DNA of 64,000 bases, from contig CAAGJU010000018.1 of assembly GCA_900770225.1 (NCBI GenBank), positions 4,822-68,821 of the forward strand. The letters are read 5' to 3'. The DNA comes from Lachnospiraceae bacterium (GTDB lineage Bacteria > Bacillota > Clostridia > Lachnospirales > Lachnospiraceae). This document shows positions 20,611-30,970 of the stretch, piece after piece (position 1 is the stretch's first letter; the number at the start of each line of letters is the position of its first letter). The position numbers and the translations under genes were made by a program. The notes beneath the pieces were generated by a model. It searched no databases. It was not told where the DNA came from and worked only from the letters and a program-made list of their open reading frames with translations.

Positions 20611-22191
20611 ATGGCACAGTCTTTAATACTGGGGATTACGAAAATAGGTGATCTTCTTCTTGACAATAAAATTACAGATATCGGTGACCATAAGGCATTG
20701 GATAATATCAGATTAAAAATACCGGAGTATCAGCGTCCCTACAAGTGGTCGGCGAGAAATGTAAACCAGCTGCTTGATGATATTGAAGATGCTATGGCGC
20801 GCAATAAGGAAGTGTACCGGGTAGGCACACTGATCCTGCACCATGATGTGAAAGAAGATACATGGAATATCGTTGACGGTCAGCAGCGGACGATTACGTT
20901 TTCTCTGATTCTGAAGTGCCTTCAGGATCGGGAGATCGATTTTCTGAAGCAGAAGCTCTCGAACAATCCGTATAATGTTCACAATGTTCAGAACAACTTC
21001 CGGGCGCTGCAACGACGTTTCGGAAAACATCCAGAACAGTGGAAATCTGCCGGAGGAATATCGGAAAGTGCGGATGGTACGAAGCAAACAGGAGACAACG
21101 GGACTTCGGAACGTGTGGCAGATGCAGAGAGGGCAAAGAACCTCAATGACCTGGAAAGATATATTGAGACGCAGTGTGAGCTGATCGTTGTGATCACGGA
21201 GGACCTGTCGGAAGCATTCCAGTTTTTTGATTCGCAGAATGCCCGGGGAAAAGCGCTGTACCCGCATGATCTGCTGAAGGCGTATCATCTGCGCGAAATG
21301 GAAAATCTGAATTCAGAGGAAACAGAGCAGATCGTCAGAAGATGGGAGAATCTTGACCAGAAGGACCTTGCGGCCCTGTTCAACGGTTATCTGTATCGTC
21401 TGAAATGCTGGATCCATGGGAATTATGCCGGCGAACTGAATGAGCAGAATATTGACATGTTCAAGGGACTGACGGCGAAGGACCGATATCCGTACGCTCA
21501 GTATTACAAGAGTGCTTTTGCATATGCGGATCATCTGAATCATTCCAGCGTTCCACTTGTGACAGGACTTCAGCCGATGACGCCGTTTCAGATCGACGCA
21601 CCCATTATCGCTGGAAAGCCGTTCTTTGAATACGCGGAGCATTATTTTTCCATACTGAAGGATATTCAGGATAATGATCGCTATGAAGGATACCTGATCA
21701 ACGATAATGAAATCATAAAGACGCTTGATCTTCGGAAATATAAGAATGGCGTAGGCAACAGGGTAACGAGGCTGATGCTCGACACTGCGATTCTGCTGTA
21801 TGCGGATCGATTTTGTCCCGGGCACCCTTCGCGGGAGGATCTGGATTATCTGGATGAGTTTGTGCGGTATGCTTTTGCCTGGGCGTATTCCATGCGTGCT
21901 CAGTATTACAACGTCGGGTGGCTGGTGGCGCAGAACTACATCATGGGAACGTCGAAAAAGGACGGGATTATTAACAGCTTCAACCTCTACAAGGTGATTG
22001 CGGACGCGGATTCACCGGAGGCATTGCGCAACCGGCTGGCGGATCTGATCATGCCCATCGACCGTGGCAATGTCCGCGTGCGCAGGAGAGAACAAATAGA
22101 CGCCTGCGAGCAGGGCGTATATCAGAATTACCTTCATTACTTTAAACATTACGGCTTTGGTGATTTTGGGGATGATCAGTATGTCGGTTAA
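20611..22191 (+). CDS. DUF262 (GmrS/ParB-like) protein
   Basis: IPEYQRPYKW, IVDGQQR, FDSQNARGKAL. Confidence 0.9.
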   Translation: MAQSLILGITKIGDLLLDNKITDIGDHKALDNIRLKIPEYQRPYKWSARNVNQLLDDIEDAMARNKEVYRVGTLILHHDVKEDTWNIVDGQQRTITFSLILKCLQDREIDFLKQKLSNNPYNVHNVQNNFRALQRRFGKHPEQWKSAGGISESADGTKQTGDNGTSERVADAERAKNLNDLERYIETQCELIVVITEDLSEAFQFFDSQNARGKALYPHDLLKAYHLREMENLNSEETEQIVRRWENLDQKDLAALFNGYLYRLKCWIHGNYAGELNEQNIDMFKGLTAKDRYPYAQYYKSAFAYADHLNHSSVPLVTGLQPMTPFQIDAPIIAGKPFFEYAEHYFSILKDIQDNDRYEGYLINDNEIIKTLDLRKYKNGVGNRVTRLMLDTAILLYADRFCPGHPSREDLDYLDEFVRYAFAWAYSMRAQYYNVGWLVAQNYIMGTSKKDGIINSFNLYKVIADADSPEALRNRLADLIMPIDRGNVRVRRREQIDACEQGVYQNYLHYFKHYGFGDFGDDQYVG

Positions 22192-24349
22192 TCATCGGAT
22201 TCTGCAGGAAACGTCTATAGACAGTCTTTTTATCAGCGGGGACAGGTGTACATATGAGATTCCGGTCTATCAGCGGAACTACGCATGGGAAGATGAAGAA
22301 ATCAGGGCACTGATCCAGGATGTGTATGACGCCTTCCGCAAAAAGGCAGACGTGTATTATATCGGAACGCTTGTTACCTATAACCGCGGGGACCAGCGGT
22401 ATGAGATCATTGATGGTCAGCAGCGGCTGACGACGCTGCGACTGATCCTCGGCGTGCTGGCAGTGCCCGTGACCAACAGGCTCACGTATACCGCGCGAAA
22501 AAAATCGGCGGAGACGATCCGCGCGATTGATGCTATGAGTACGGATGAGTTGGATCTGAAATCTGCCATCAGCAGAATACCGGATTTTGACAGCCTGGAT
22601 GAATCGGACCATGGAATAGTGAATGGATATAAGTGCGCGAGGCTTGCCATCAGCGATATACCGGAATCGGAGCTCACGGTATACCGGGATTATTTCCTGC
22701 ATCAGGTGAGGATTGTCCGTTACACCGTGCCAAGGGACATCGACCTGAATCAGTATTTCGAGGTGATGAATTCCCGCGGTGAACAGCTGGAGATGCATGA
22801 GATCGTCAAAGCAAGTATGATGCAGCGTCTAGCCAATGATGAAGAACGCAGGATATTTAACCTTATATGGGAAGCCTGCAGCAATATGAATGTCTATGTC
22901 CAGCAGAGCCTTGAGGAAATCAGTCGGGAGGACATTTTCGGCAGGACCGGAGGTGATTTTCTTCCACGCAGTTTTCAGGATATATGCCGGATTTATGAGA
23001 CGAAGAAAGAAGAAAGCACGAGCGAACCGGTATCCATTCTGGATATACTTTCCGATACAACGGAAAATCCGGAGAAACAGCAGAGGCTGAAAAAGCTGAA
23101 AGAGTTTGATGCCCGTTCGGAAACGCAGGATACCTTTCAGCCGGTCATTGACTTCCCGAACTTTCTTCTGATCGTGCTGAAAATCACGCGGATGACGGAG
23201 AATGATTTTGTTCCGGGGGATTTTCAGCTTGATGACAAGGAACTCCTGCATGAGTTTCATGCGAAAACGATCGACGTCAGGCAGTTTGCTTTTAATCTGC
23301 TGAAGGCACGGTTCTTCCTGGATAATTATATGGTGCACCACGACAACGAGGAGGATACGCTGGAGAACAATCCCTGGAAGCTGCAGGGGCGATGGTATAA
23401 CCGTGACACAAAGCACTGGGAACTGAAAAACCTGCTCGGCAAAGGCAACAAAGACGACGGAGAGGATGACCATGAAAAAGAACAGGCGGAGCTGGTTCAT
23501 CTGCTGTCGATGTTTGAGGTTTCCTTCGTGCCGAAACAGAGGAAAAATTACCTGTTCTACTGCCTGTTGTATCTGATGCAGGATGGCAGCGGAAGACCGG
23601 ATGCCGAAAAGTACAGGAGCTTTGTGGAGCGGCTGGCGGATTCGTACTTCCAGAACGTTTACCTGGACAAGAGCAGGCTGAACCAGAAGAATACGCCACT
23701 GCCTAACAGCTTCGACTCTGTTATTCTTGAGGAAAGAAAGCTTGCCCATGAGCTGACGGATGAGCATTCATCTATAGTGAAGAAATGTGCGGCCACATTT
23801 GATGCCATATACGGAGACGGACAGAAGGAATCAGACGGTGTACCGCTGTTTGTCTTCAATTACATGGACTTCCGGATCTGGAAATATTACGCAGATACAC
23901 TGCGCGGAGAATCCATCAAAAAGGAAAGCCCGGAAAGAAAAGCCTTCTTTGCACAACTGGGCTGCAACGATTTTGGACTGGATATCTTCAACCAGTTCTA
24001 TTTTTCCAGGACCAGGAGAAGTCTCGAGCATTTTTATCCGCAGGCAAATGTCGGAGATGGCTTGACGGCGCCGACGGAAGATCAGATCAACTGCTTTGGA
24101 AATTATGCGATGATCGGCAGTGAGGTGAACAGCGCCGCATCCAACTGGAGCCCCAAGACCAAGCTGGATACTTATCTGGATCCTTCGGGAAAAATCAGCA
24201 GGATCAGTGTCGCATCGCTCAAGTTTACAATCATGCTGCAGATGTGCCGGGACCGGGACAGGAACGGATGTCCGGCTGATCAGTGCTGGACGTTTGAACA
24301 GATGAAGGAGCATCAGAAATGCATGGTAAGGCTTCTGTCGGATGAATGA
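22181..24349 (+). CDS. DUF262 + DUF1524 (HNH-like) GmrSD-type protein
   Basis: IPVYQRNYAW, IIDGQQRLTT, FEVMNSRG; C-terminal SLEHFYPQ...FGN...NS..SN. Confidence 0.9.
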   Translation: MSVNHRILQETSIDSLFISGDRCTYEIPVYQRNYAWEDEEIRALIQDVYDAFRKKADVYYIGTLVTYNRGDQRYEIIDGQQRLTTLRLILGVLAVPVTNRLTYTARKKSAETIRAIDAMSTDELDLKSAISRIPDFDSLDESDHGIVNGYKCARLAISDIPESELTVYRDYFLHQVRIVRYTVPRDIDLNQYFEVMNSRGEQLEMHEIVKASMMQRLANDEERRIFNLIWEACSNMNVYVQQSLEEISREDIFGRTGGDFLPRSFQDICRIYETKKEESTSEPVSILDILSDTTENPEKQQRLKKLKEFDARSETQDTFQPVIDFPNFLLIVLKITRMTENDFVPGDFQLDDKELLHEFHAKTIDVRQFAFNLLKARFFLDNYMVHHDNEEDTLENNPWKLQGRWYNRDTKHWELKNLLGKGNKDDGEDDHEKEQAELVHLLSMFEVSFVPKQRKNYLFYCLLYLMQDGSGRPDAEKYRSFVERLADSYFQNVYLDKSRLNQKNTPLPNSFDSVILEERKLAHELTDEHSSIVKKCAATFDAIYGDGQKESDGVPLFVFNYMDFRIWKYYADTLRGESIKKESPERKAFFAQLGCNDFGLDIFNQFYFSRTRRSLEHFYPQANVGDGLTAPTEDQINCFGNYAMIGSEVNSAASNWSPKTKLDTYLDPSGKISRISVASLKFTIMLQMCRDRDRNGCPADQCWTFEQMKEHQKCMVRLLSDE

Positions 24350-24466
24350 AGGCGTTATCGGAAGAATCTGAGGTGCTTATATAATCATAAGTGCGGAAGA
24401 AAAGACTGCTGGATTAGCCGCATGGAGTATGAACGGATGATCGCGTGAAGACTATCGGAGAATGTG

Positions 24467-25250
24467 ATGAAGAATCAGTATGTAGCAGATATTGGAGATT
24501 ACGGAAAGTATGGACTTCTTCGCTTTCTGGCGAGGAAGGGCATCAAAGTTGGTGTTAACTGGTACCTTACACCGGATGATTCAGAATGAAGGCCTGATCC
24601 CTGCGTGTTATTATGCAGAACCGGTTCCATGCTCCGGGCAGGATACGCGAGCAAGAGAAATTAACAGAATCCTTTGGTTTAATAACTCTACGTTATTGTT
24701 GCAGGATGCCGAGCTGATTTTTGCGGATCCGGATAATGGAAACACGATGATCAAAAAGACTGGATCAAAAGGCACGGAGAAATATACACTTCCTCAGGAA
24801 CTGGAAAAATATTATACAAGTGGACATAACGTTGTTTATTATTGCTCAAAGGGCAGGCGTAAATGGGATGCATGGGAAAATACAAAGACAGAAATGCAGT
24901 CAGTTCTTACGGATTGTTCCATTTACGCCATTACCTTCCATTAGGGAACCCAGCGCACGTATATATTTCTGATTCATCCGAAGGATTTTAAGCGGTACAT
25001 GAGAATTCTGAGCGAATTCCTGAGGTCATCCTGGGAAGGGGCATTTACCGTTGAGTATATTAACGGCATTGATCCGGCAGACACCGTCGTATCCAATGAA
25101 CTCGTCATTCCGCTAAGGGACGTAAGAAATGTCTCTCTGAGTATGACAGCCGACGGATGGGTAAAGATCACTTCGCCGAATGGGACAATCATAAAAGAGA
25201 AACCTGACGATTTTGTCAGATCATTTTTGAGTGGATCCTTATTATGGTGA
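24467..25250 (+). pseudogene. Conserved hypothetical protein (MKNQYVADIGDYGKYGLLR type) with internal deletion and nonsense codon
   Basis: Start frame breaks near 24577; second frame has DPDNG motif and in-frame TAG at 24942-24944. Confidence 0.65.
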
Positions 25251-25315
25251 TCTTCTCTACTAGGCGATTGCTGATATGATGTTTACGTAATGAAATGTGA
25301 ATACGGAGATGAGTT

Positions 25316-25504
25316 ATGATAAAGAAGGATAATCCATATCCGGATGACCTGACAGACAGGCAGATTTACAATACGCCGATCGGTCCGGTCTGCATGTCCA
25401 GAAGAGAATATGAGGATTACCAGGATCAGAAGGCGATGCGGATGTCGGAACCGGGAGAGAGTGAAGATGAAGAGGATAAAGATAACGGTCATCAGGCAGG
25501 CTGA
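25316..25504 (+). CDS. Small hypothetical protein, C-terminus probably replaced
   Basis: RBS plus 62-aa ORF; a homologous 3' part recurs near 28953. Confidence 0.5.
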   Translation: MIKKDNPYPDDLTDRQIYNTPIGPVCMSRREYEDYQDQKAMRMSEPGESEDEEDKDNGHQAG

Positions 25505-25802
25505 TTATAAGAATTTGTCAGCTGAATATGAAAATCCTATGGAACACCCGTGTGACGTAAAAGTGGGACAGATATTTTTCTCGGAAGGACTGAAAAAGCC
25601 GGAGGGCTTATGCGACAGCGCTTGGGAGACGATGCTTCCGTTTGCGATGACACTGGCGTATGGAGGCACGGATATTTATAACGGGTGGATGAAGAATAAG
25701 AACACTGCGATGATATCCTGTAATGATGGATTCAGACCGGTTAGCTTTTATCTGGAAGCACTTGATGAGGAGACAGATGACAATCAGAGCAGGGACAATT
25801 GA
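25467..25802 (+). CDS. TIGR04076-family Cys-rich protein
   Basis: KITVIR...C....GQ.F....KPEGLCDSAW...SCNDGFRPVSF. Confidence 0.8.
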   Translation: MKRIKITVIRQADYKNLSAEYENPMEHPCDVKVGQIFFSEGLKKPEGLCDSAWETMLPFAMTLAYGGTDIYNGWMKNKNTAMISCNDGFRPVSFYLEALDEETDDNQSRDN

Positions 25803-25879
25803 TTTTTTGGCAAATGTCCGGATGTAAGGAAAATCAGTTAAAGGAACAGCGGGAAATTTCTGTGATCGGAGGAAGATAA

Positions 25880-26380
25880 ATGAGCAGCAGTATTTATCAT
25901 CGAATCAGCGTTAGAAAATTTGAAGACAAACCAGTGGAAAAAGATCTGATCCTTGACATTCTTCGTGCAGGGATGCAGGCGCCGAGCGCATGCAATCAGC
26001 AGCTATGGGAGTTCTATGTCGTGACCGACCGCGAGAAGATCAGAGCTTTGTCCAAGGCGAGCCCATATGCCGGTTGTGCTGCAGGGGCAGCGGCTGTGAT
26101 TGTTCCTGCTTATCGGAAAGAAGGGCTTGTTTGTCCGGAATTTGCGGAGATCGATCTTTCCATTGCGCAGGAGAACATCTGGCTGAGGACGGATGAACTT
26201 GGCCTCGGTGGCGTATGGCTGGCGATTGCTCCTGAGAAGGACAGAATGGAAAATGTCCGGAAAATTCTGGCACTTCCGGAGAATGTCGAGGCATTTTCGC
26301 TTTTTCCGCTTGGCTATCCGGCTGAATCACATCCGCAGCAGGATCGATTTCACGAAGATCGTATTCACTGGGTGGAATAA
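25880..26380 (+). CDS. Nitroreductase family protein
   Basis: IYHRISVRKF, APSACNQQ, LGLGGVWL, PLGYP. Confidence 0.92.
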   Translation: MSSSIYHRISVRKFEDKPVEKDLILDILRAGMQAPSACNQQLWEFYVVTDREKIRALSKASPYAGCAAGAAAVIVPAYRKEGLVCPEFAEIDLSIAQENIWLRTDELGLGGVWLAIAPEKDRMENVRKILALPENVEAFSLFPLGYPAESHPQQDRFHEDRIHWVE

Positions 26381-26432
26381 TGTTTTGGTGAAACTTCACT
26401 GAAACGGAAAATTTCATGAGGAGGACTAGTTT

Positions 26433-26639
26433 ATGTGTGGATTTCCCAAGGACCCTACAGGTGGATTATTCGATTTCAATAAGGACGGAAAGCTTGATGC
26501 GGCTGAGTACACGATGATGAACGATGTTATCTATCATGACGATAATGATGATGGTGATTCGGATGACAGCATCTTCGGCGATACAGGTGATGCAGATGAC
26601 GAAGAAGATGCTGACGAAGAGGATGACGATTCATTCTAA
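26433..26639 (+). CDS. Small acidic protein with EF-hand-like motif
   Basis: Strong RBS; FDFNKDGKLDAAE followed by Asp-rich tail. Confidence 0.6.
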   Translation: MCGFPKDPTGGLFDFNKDGKLDAAEYTMMNDVIYHDDNDDGDSDDSIFGDTGDADDEEDADEEDDDSF

Positions 26640-26726
26640 ACGGTAACTACATAGAAGTCATGGGCTGGCTTGCTGATATGAAAAAAGTCAATTTACGGCA
26701 GAGAAATGAGGAGGCGGATCGCAGAG

Positions 26727-27629
26727 ATGAGCAAGAACGCCAGTTCAAATCGTAAGAAAATCCTGCTGTGGCTGCTTATTCCTGCAGCAATCGCTGCATG
26801 CATCGCCGGGTTTATTTTTTTCAAACAGACGCATACGATTGACCTGAATCAATATCTGACGATCGGCTATGAGGACTATAACGGATATGCGGAGCCGGTG
26901 ATGGTTCTGGATGAAAAAGCGCTTGAACGTGATTATGGCGACAAAATGCATGATCCGCCGGAAAGCCTGTGGAAGAATTCGGATACAAAAGGCGTCAGCG
27001 ACAGAGTGGCGTCCTTCTGTGACAGGTATAAGGATATTCCCTATGGCGGCTATGTATACGCAGATTGTGATGTGAAAAACGGCAACATTGTGCATTACCG
27101 TGGTACCGACCGGATGTCGTATGATGAATATTTTGGCTGCTGGGTGAAATCGGAAAGCTTTGACATAGCAGCAAAGGGTATCAAAAGCCTCGATGATGCG
27201 GATCCTTTTTAGGGGCTGAAGATTGAAACCACGGGCGGAAATTCCGAGGCTGTGGCAGAAGTGAATACGAACCTGATGAAGAGCCCGTTCTGCTACATCG
27301 ATTTTCAGCTGAGTAAGAGCACGTATCTTTCCAATGGCGACATGATCAGTGTGACCATTCCGGAGAGTGATCTGAAATGGCTGGCCAGTGAAAATGACGG
27401 ATATAAGCCGAAAAAGACCTCCCAGAAGTTTAAGGCGGAAGAGGAAGAGGCTGCTTCCGGGGGCAGCCATTTTTCACACAGCGGCACCGGAAGTAATGCG
27501 GACAGCAGCGGAAGCTCCTATGATGACGATGTCGATCCGGATGATCCCGACTATGAAGAGGGCGACGAGAATTTCGACGAGTACGATGACATCGAGTATT
27601 ACGATGATGACTGGGAAGGGGACTATTGA
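26727..27629 (+). pseudogene. Membrane-anchored hypothetical protein split by one in-frame TAG
   Basis: ORFs 26706-27212 and 27252-27629 share a frame; DPF*GL at 27210-27212. Confidence 0.6.
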
Positions 27630-27654
27630 GGCTGCGGGCGGTATTTGCAATAAG

Positions 27655-28011
27655 ATGATCTTTATCACAAAGATATTATCTGTGCTGGTGGCACTGGAAT
27701 TTCTCTACATCTTTTACCTTGAGACGATCGCAACGACTTCTGACAAGACGTCGAAAGTATTCGGTATGACGACGGATGAGCTGGAACAGAAGAATGTGAA
27801 GGTGCTGTTCAAGAATCAGGGCGTTTATAACGGACTGCTCTCGGTGCTGATTTTGCTGGCGGTATTTGCTTTTGCCAGTAAGGTGGCAGTGATCTGTCTG
27901 ATGGCTTATATTGTGGCGGTGGCGCTTTACGGAAGCTTTACCAGCAATCCGAAGATCATCCTGATGCAGGGCGGGCTGGCGGTTCTGACGCTGATTTCCT
28001 GCATTTTCTGA
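27655..28011 (+). CDS. DUF1304 family membrane protein
   Basis: VALEFLYIFYLE, LFKNQGVYNG, ILMQGG. Confidence 0.85.
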   Translation: MIFITKILSVLVALEFLYIFYLETIATTSDKTSKVFGMTTDELEQKNVKVLFKNQGVYNGLLSVLILLAVFAFASKVAVICLMAYIVAVALYGSFTSNPKIILMQGGLAVLTLISCIF

Positions 28012-28067
28012 TTGAGAGATCTTTGCTGTAGCTGGTACTTAATGATATAAAACTGTCGGATCGGACA

Positions 28068-28190
28068 GCTGTGAACCGACGATTATTCCGGATGTCTATC
28101 TACAGACGCTTGATGGCAAAACAATTATTATCGCAGACATTTCGGAAGGAAAACAACGGCCATATTTTATCAAATCGCTTGGTAAGGAAA
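28068..28190 (+). pseudogene. AlbA_2/Schlafen-domain regulator fragment
   Basis: CEPTIIPDVYLQTLDGKTIII..ISEGKQRPYFIKSLG without start or end. Confidence 0.45.
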
Positions 28191-28494
28191 CTGACACAAA
28201 CACACAATATATTGACCAGATAACTGACACAGAAAAGGAATGCACTAGTACATAAGACGAATGTACTGGTACAGAAGCCAATTCCGGTAAACAGGATATT
28301 GATTTAGCAGACGGATTCCGCTATGTGAATCAGGAATCTTAACCTGAAAAGCTGAATATATGGCGCTTCCAAACGAGTGTTAATTATCTAGGAAGTTCAC
28401 AAGGAACGATTACTCATCAAGAAATTGTTGACGCTGAAATAATGACATAATTATGGCATAAGAATACCATATATATAAAAACGGAGGTGATTTT

Positions 28495-28788
28495 ATGCCA
28501 CAGATCATTCCTATCAAAGATTTAAAGGATACAGCCAAAGTTTCCGAAATGTGTCATGAAAGTTCAGAACCGATCTTTGTGACAAAAAATGGATATGGAG
28601 ACATGGTGTTAATGAGCATGGAAGCTTTTGAAGAAATGTACAGAAGGGAACAACTGTATCGTGAGCTTGACATTTCTGAGAATCAGATTAAGAACGGAAA
28701 AACCAGAGGGGCCAGGGAAGGCTTGGCGGACGTGAGGAAAAAATATGAACAGCAGTATTTATCATCGAATCAGTGTCAGGAAATTTGA
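28495..28788 (+). CDS. Phd/YefM family antitoxin (orphan)
   Basis: IIPIKDLK...EPIFVTKNGYGDMVLMSMEAF. Confidence 0.88.
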   Translation: MPQIIPIKDLKDTAKVSEMCHESSEPIFVTKNGYGDMVLMSMEAFEEMYRREQLYRELDISENQIKNGKTRGAREGLADVRKKYEQQYLSSNQCQEI

Positions 28789-28950
28789 GGATAAACCAGT
28801 GGAAAAAGATCTGATCCTGGACATCCTCCGTGCAGGGATGCGGGCACCCAGTGCATGTAATCAGCAGCCATGGGAATTCTATGTGGTGACTGATCGCGAT
28901 AAGATTAAAGCCTTGTCTAAGGTGAGCCCATATGCCGGCTGTGCTGCAGG
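28745..28950 (+). pseudogene. Second, truncated nitroreductase copy
   Basis: Aligns to 25880-26084, then switches to unrelated sequence. Confidence 0.9.
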
Positions 28951-29081
28951 TGGATGCGGCTGCCGGAATCGGGAGCAGATGAAGATGAAGATGAAGAGGA
29001 GATTAAACGGCTGCTGAAGAGTGCAAAACTTCGGCAGCGCGTTAATGATAACCTTGTTGGATGGAACTGATGGAGGTTTTT

Positions 29082-30683
29082 ATGGAAGAGCGTTTACTGC
29101 CTGTTGGCAAACAGAATTTCAGAGAAATACGGAAAAATGGATATGTATATGTAGATAAAACCAGGTATGTATGGGAACTCGCCAGAACAGGACTCTCATA
29201 TTTTCTTTCCCGACCGAGACGTTTTGGGAAAAGTCTGTTTATTTCCACACTCGAGAGCTATTTTTCCGGAGATAAAGAGCTCTTCAAAGGGCTTTATATT
29301 GAAGAAAAGGAAAATGCACGTGGTGAGAATGCATGGGCAGAGTATCCGATTATTTCTTTCTACCTGTCGGGCGGAGATTATAATTCGCCAGTGGGGCTGA
29401 CTGATATATTAGAGAATGTACTTAATACGTGCATAGATAAATATCAGCTGGACAGGAATTTTATCACAGGTGATACACTTCCCGTCAGATTCAGAAATAC
29501 GATAGAACAGCTTTATAAAACAACAGGCCGTCAGGTTGTGGTGCTTATTGATGAGTATGACAAACCTCTGCTGTCAACAATGATTTCCAATCCTGAGCAG
29601 GAGGAGAAAAATCGCGAGCTCTACAAGGGATTTTTCTCTGTATTAAAGGATATGGACGGTTACCTGAAGTTCGTATTTTTTACGGGAGTAACAAAATTCA
29701 CGAAGGTATCGATTTTTTCTGATTTGAATCAGCTGATTGACATTTCGATGGATGATGAGTATTCCGGTATCTGTGGTATTACTGAGGATGAGATGCGCTC
29801 AGAATTCAAACCTGAGATAGAATCGCTATCTGATGCACAGGATTTGACTTATGATGAATGCGTTGATGAGCTTCAGAAAATGTATGACGGATACCATTTT
29901 TCAAAGAATGGAACAGGCGTATATAATCCGTTCAGCCTGCTCAATGCATTCGCAAAGCGAGACTTTGGCAGTTACTGGTTTGAATCCGGAACACCGGATA
30001 TTCTGATAAAAAAGCTCAGAAAATCTAAAATGCCCGTTTACCAGCTCACCGATGGAGTGACGGCGAAAGAAACTGTATTAAAAGATTATCGAGTCGATGA
30101 TCCTGATCCGGTTCCTCTGTTCTATCAATCAGGATATCTGACCATCTGTGGATATGATCGCCGTTTCAAAAATTATAGGCTTAGATTTCCTAATGACGAA
30201 GTCAAATATGGTTTCCTGTATTCGCTGGCAAATGATGTTTTAGGAGCAAACTCCAGGGAAAATCCTCTGACACTTGACCGGCTGATAATAAACCTGGAAA
30301 GTGGGGATTTAGACTCCTTTTTTAAGAGCCTTCAGGCACTTTTTGCATCTATTCCATATCCTGAGGGCAAGGCGCCTCAGTACGAGGGAGAGTGGTCGAG
30401 ACAGTTGTTCCTGATTCTCTCACTGATGGGTGCTTACATATCCTGTGAGGTTCACATGGCTACAGGCCGTGCTGACTGCGTTGTAAAGACTCTGGCGTAC
30501 ATATATGTATTCGAGTTCAAACTTGATGCACCTATAGAGGATGCAATGAATCAGATAGATGATAAAGGATATGCGATTCCTTATACAGCCGATTCAAGGA
30601 AACTGTACAAAGTTGGCGTAGTGTTTTCAACTGAGAAGAGAAATGTGACGGATTGGAAAGCGTCAGAATGTTCATCTGTTTAA
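29082..30683 (+). CDS. AAA-ATPase-like protein with C-terminal PD-(D/E)xK nuclease domain
   Basis: YVDKT, SRPRRFGKS, LIDEYDKP, GRAD...FEFK. Confidence 0.92.
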   Translation: MEERLLPVGKQNFREIRKNGYVYVDKTRYVWELARTGLSYFLSRPRRFGKSLFISTLESYFSGDKELFKGLYIEEKENARGENAWAEYPIISFYLSGGDYNSPVGLTDILENVLNTCIDKYQLDRNFITGDTLPVRFRNTIEQLYKTTGRQVVVLIDEYDKPLLSTMISNPEQEEKNRELYKGFFSVLKDMDGYLKFVFFTGVTKFTKVSIFSDLNQLIDISMDDEYSGICGITEDEMRSEFKPEIESLSDAQDLTYDECVDELQKMYDGYHFSKNGTGVYNPFSLLNAFAKRDFGSYWFESGTPDILIKKLRKSKMPVYQLTDGVTAKETVLKDYRVDDPDPVPLFYQSGYLTICGYDRRFKNYRLRFPNDEVKYGFLYSLANDVLGANSRENPLTLDRLIINLESGDLDSFFKSLQALFASIPYPEGKAPQYEGEWSRQLFLILSLMGAYISCEVHMATGRADCVVKTLAYIYVFEFKLDAPIEDAMNQIDDKGYAIPYTADSRKLYKVGVVFSTEKRNVTDWKASECSSV

Positions 30684-30822
30684 AGATCTGCAGACAGCGA
30701 CGACACGCGAACCGGCAGAATTGAGACAAAAGACGCCGGCAGTTCAGAGACAGGTCACGGCGTCAGTAACACTTATGACCGCCGGAAACTATAATAGCCA
30801 CAGTTGACAGATCAATCATTCA

Positions 30823-30952
30823 CTTATTGATATGCCCCTCAGCGAGGGCGTAGTGGGGCAAGGCCTCACGAGAGCCCGAGATGAGAGAGGATCGCGAGAG
30901 CACGCAGCGCGTAGCGATCCGGTTATCGTACTGATGACATCTACATCGCAAT
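30823..30952 (+). repeat. Dispersed structured element family 1, full copy
   Basis: Colinear with 38831-38950; nested hairpins. Confidence 0.85.
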
Positions 30953-30970
30953 ATGAACAGGAGAAACGAT

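Noticed and set aside
24942..27212. Two in-frame TAG codons suggesting amber recoding
   Set aside because: TAG terminates normal genes here (e.g. kptA, radical SAM), one affected gene has another lesion, and no pyl genes are seen; nonsense mutations are simpler.
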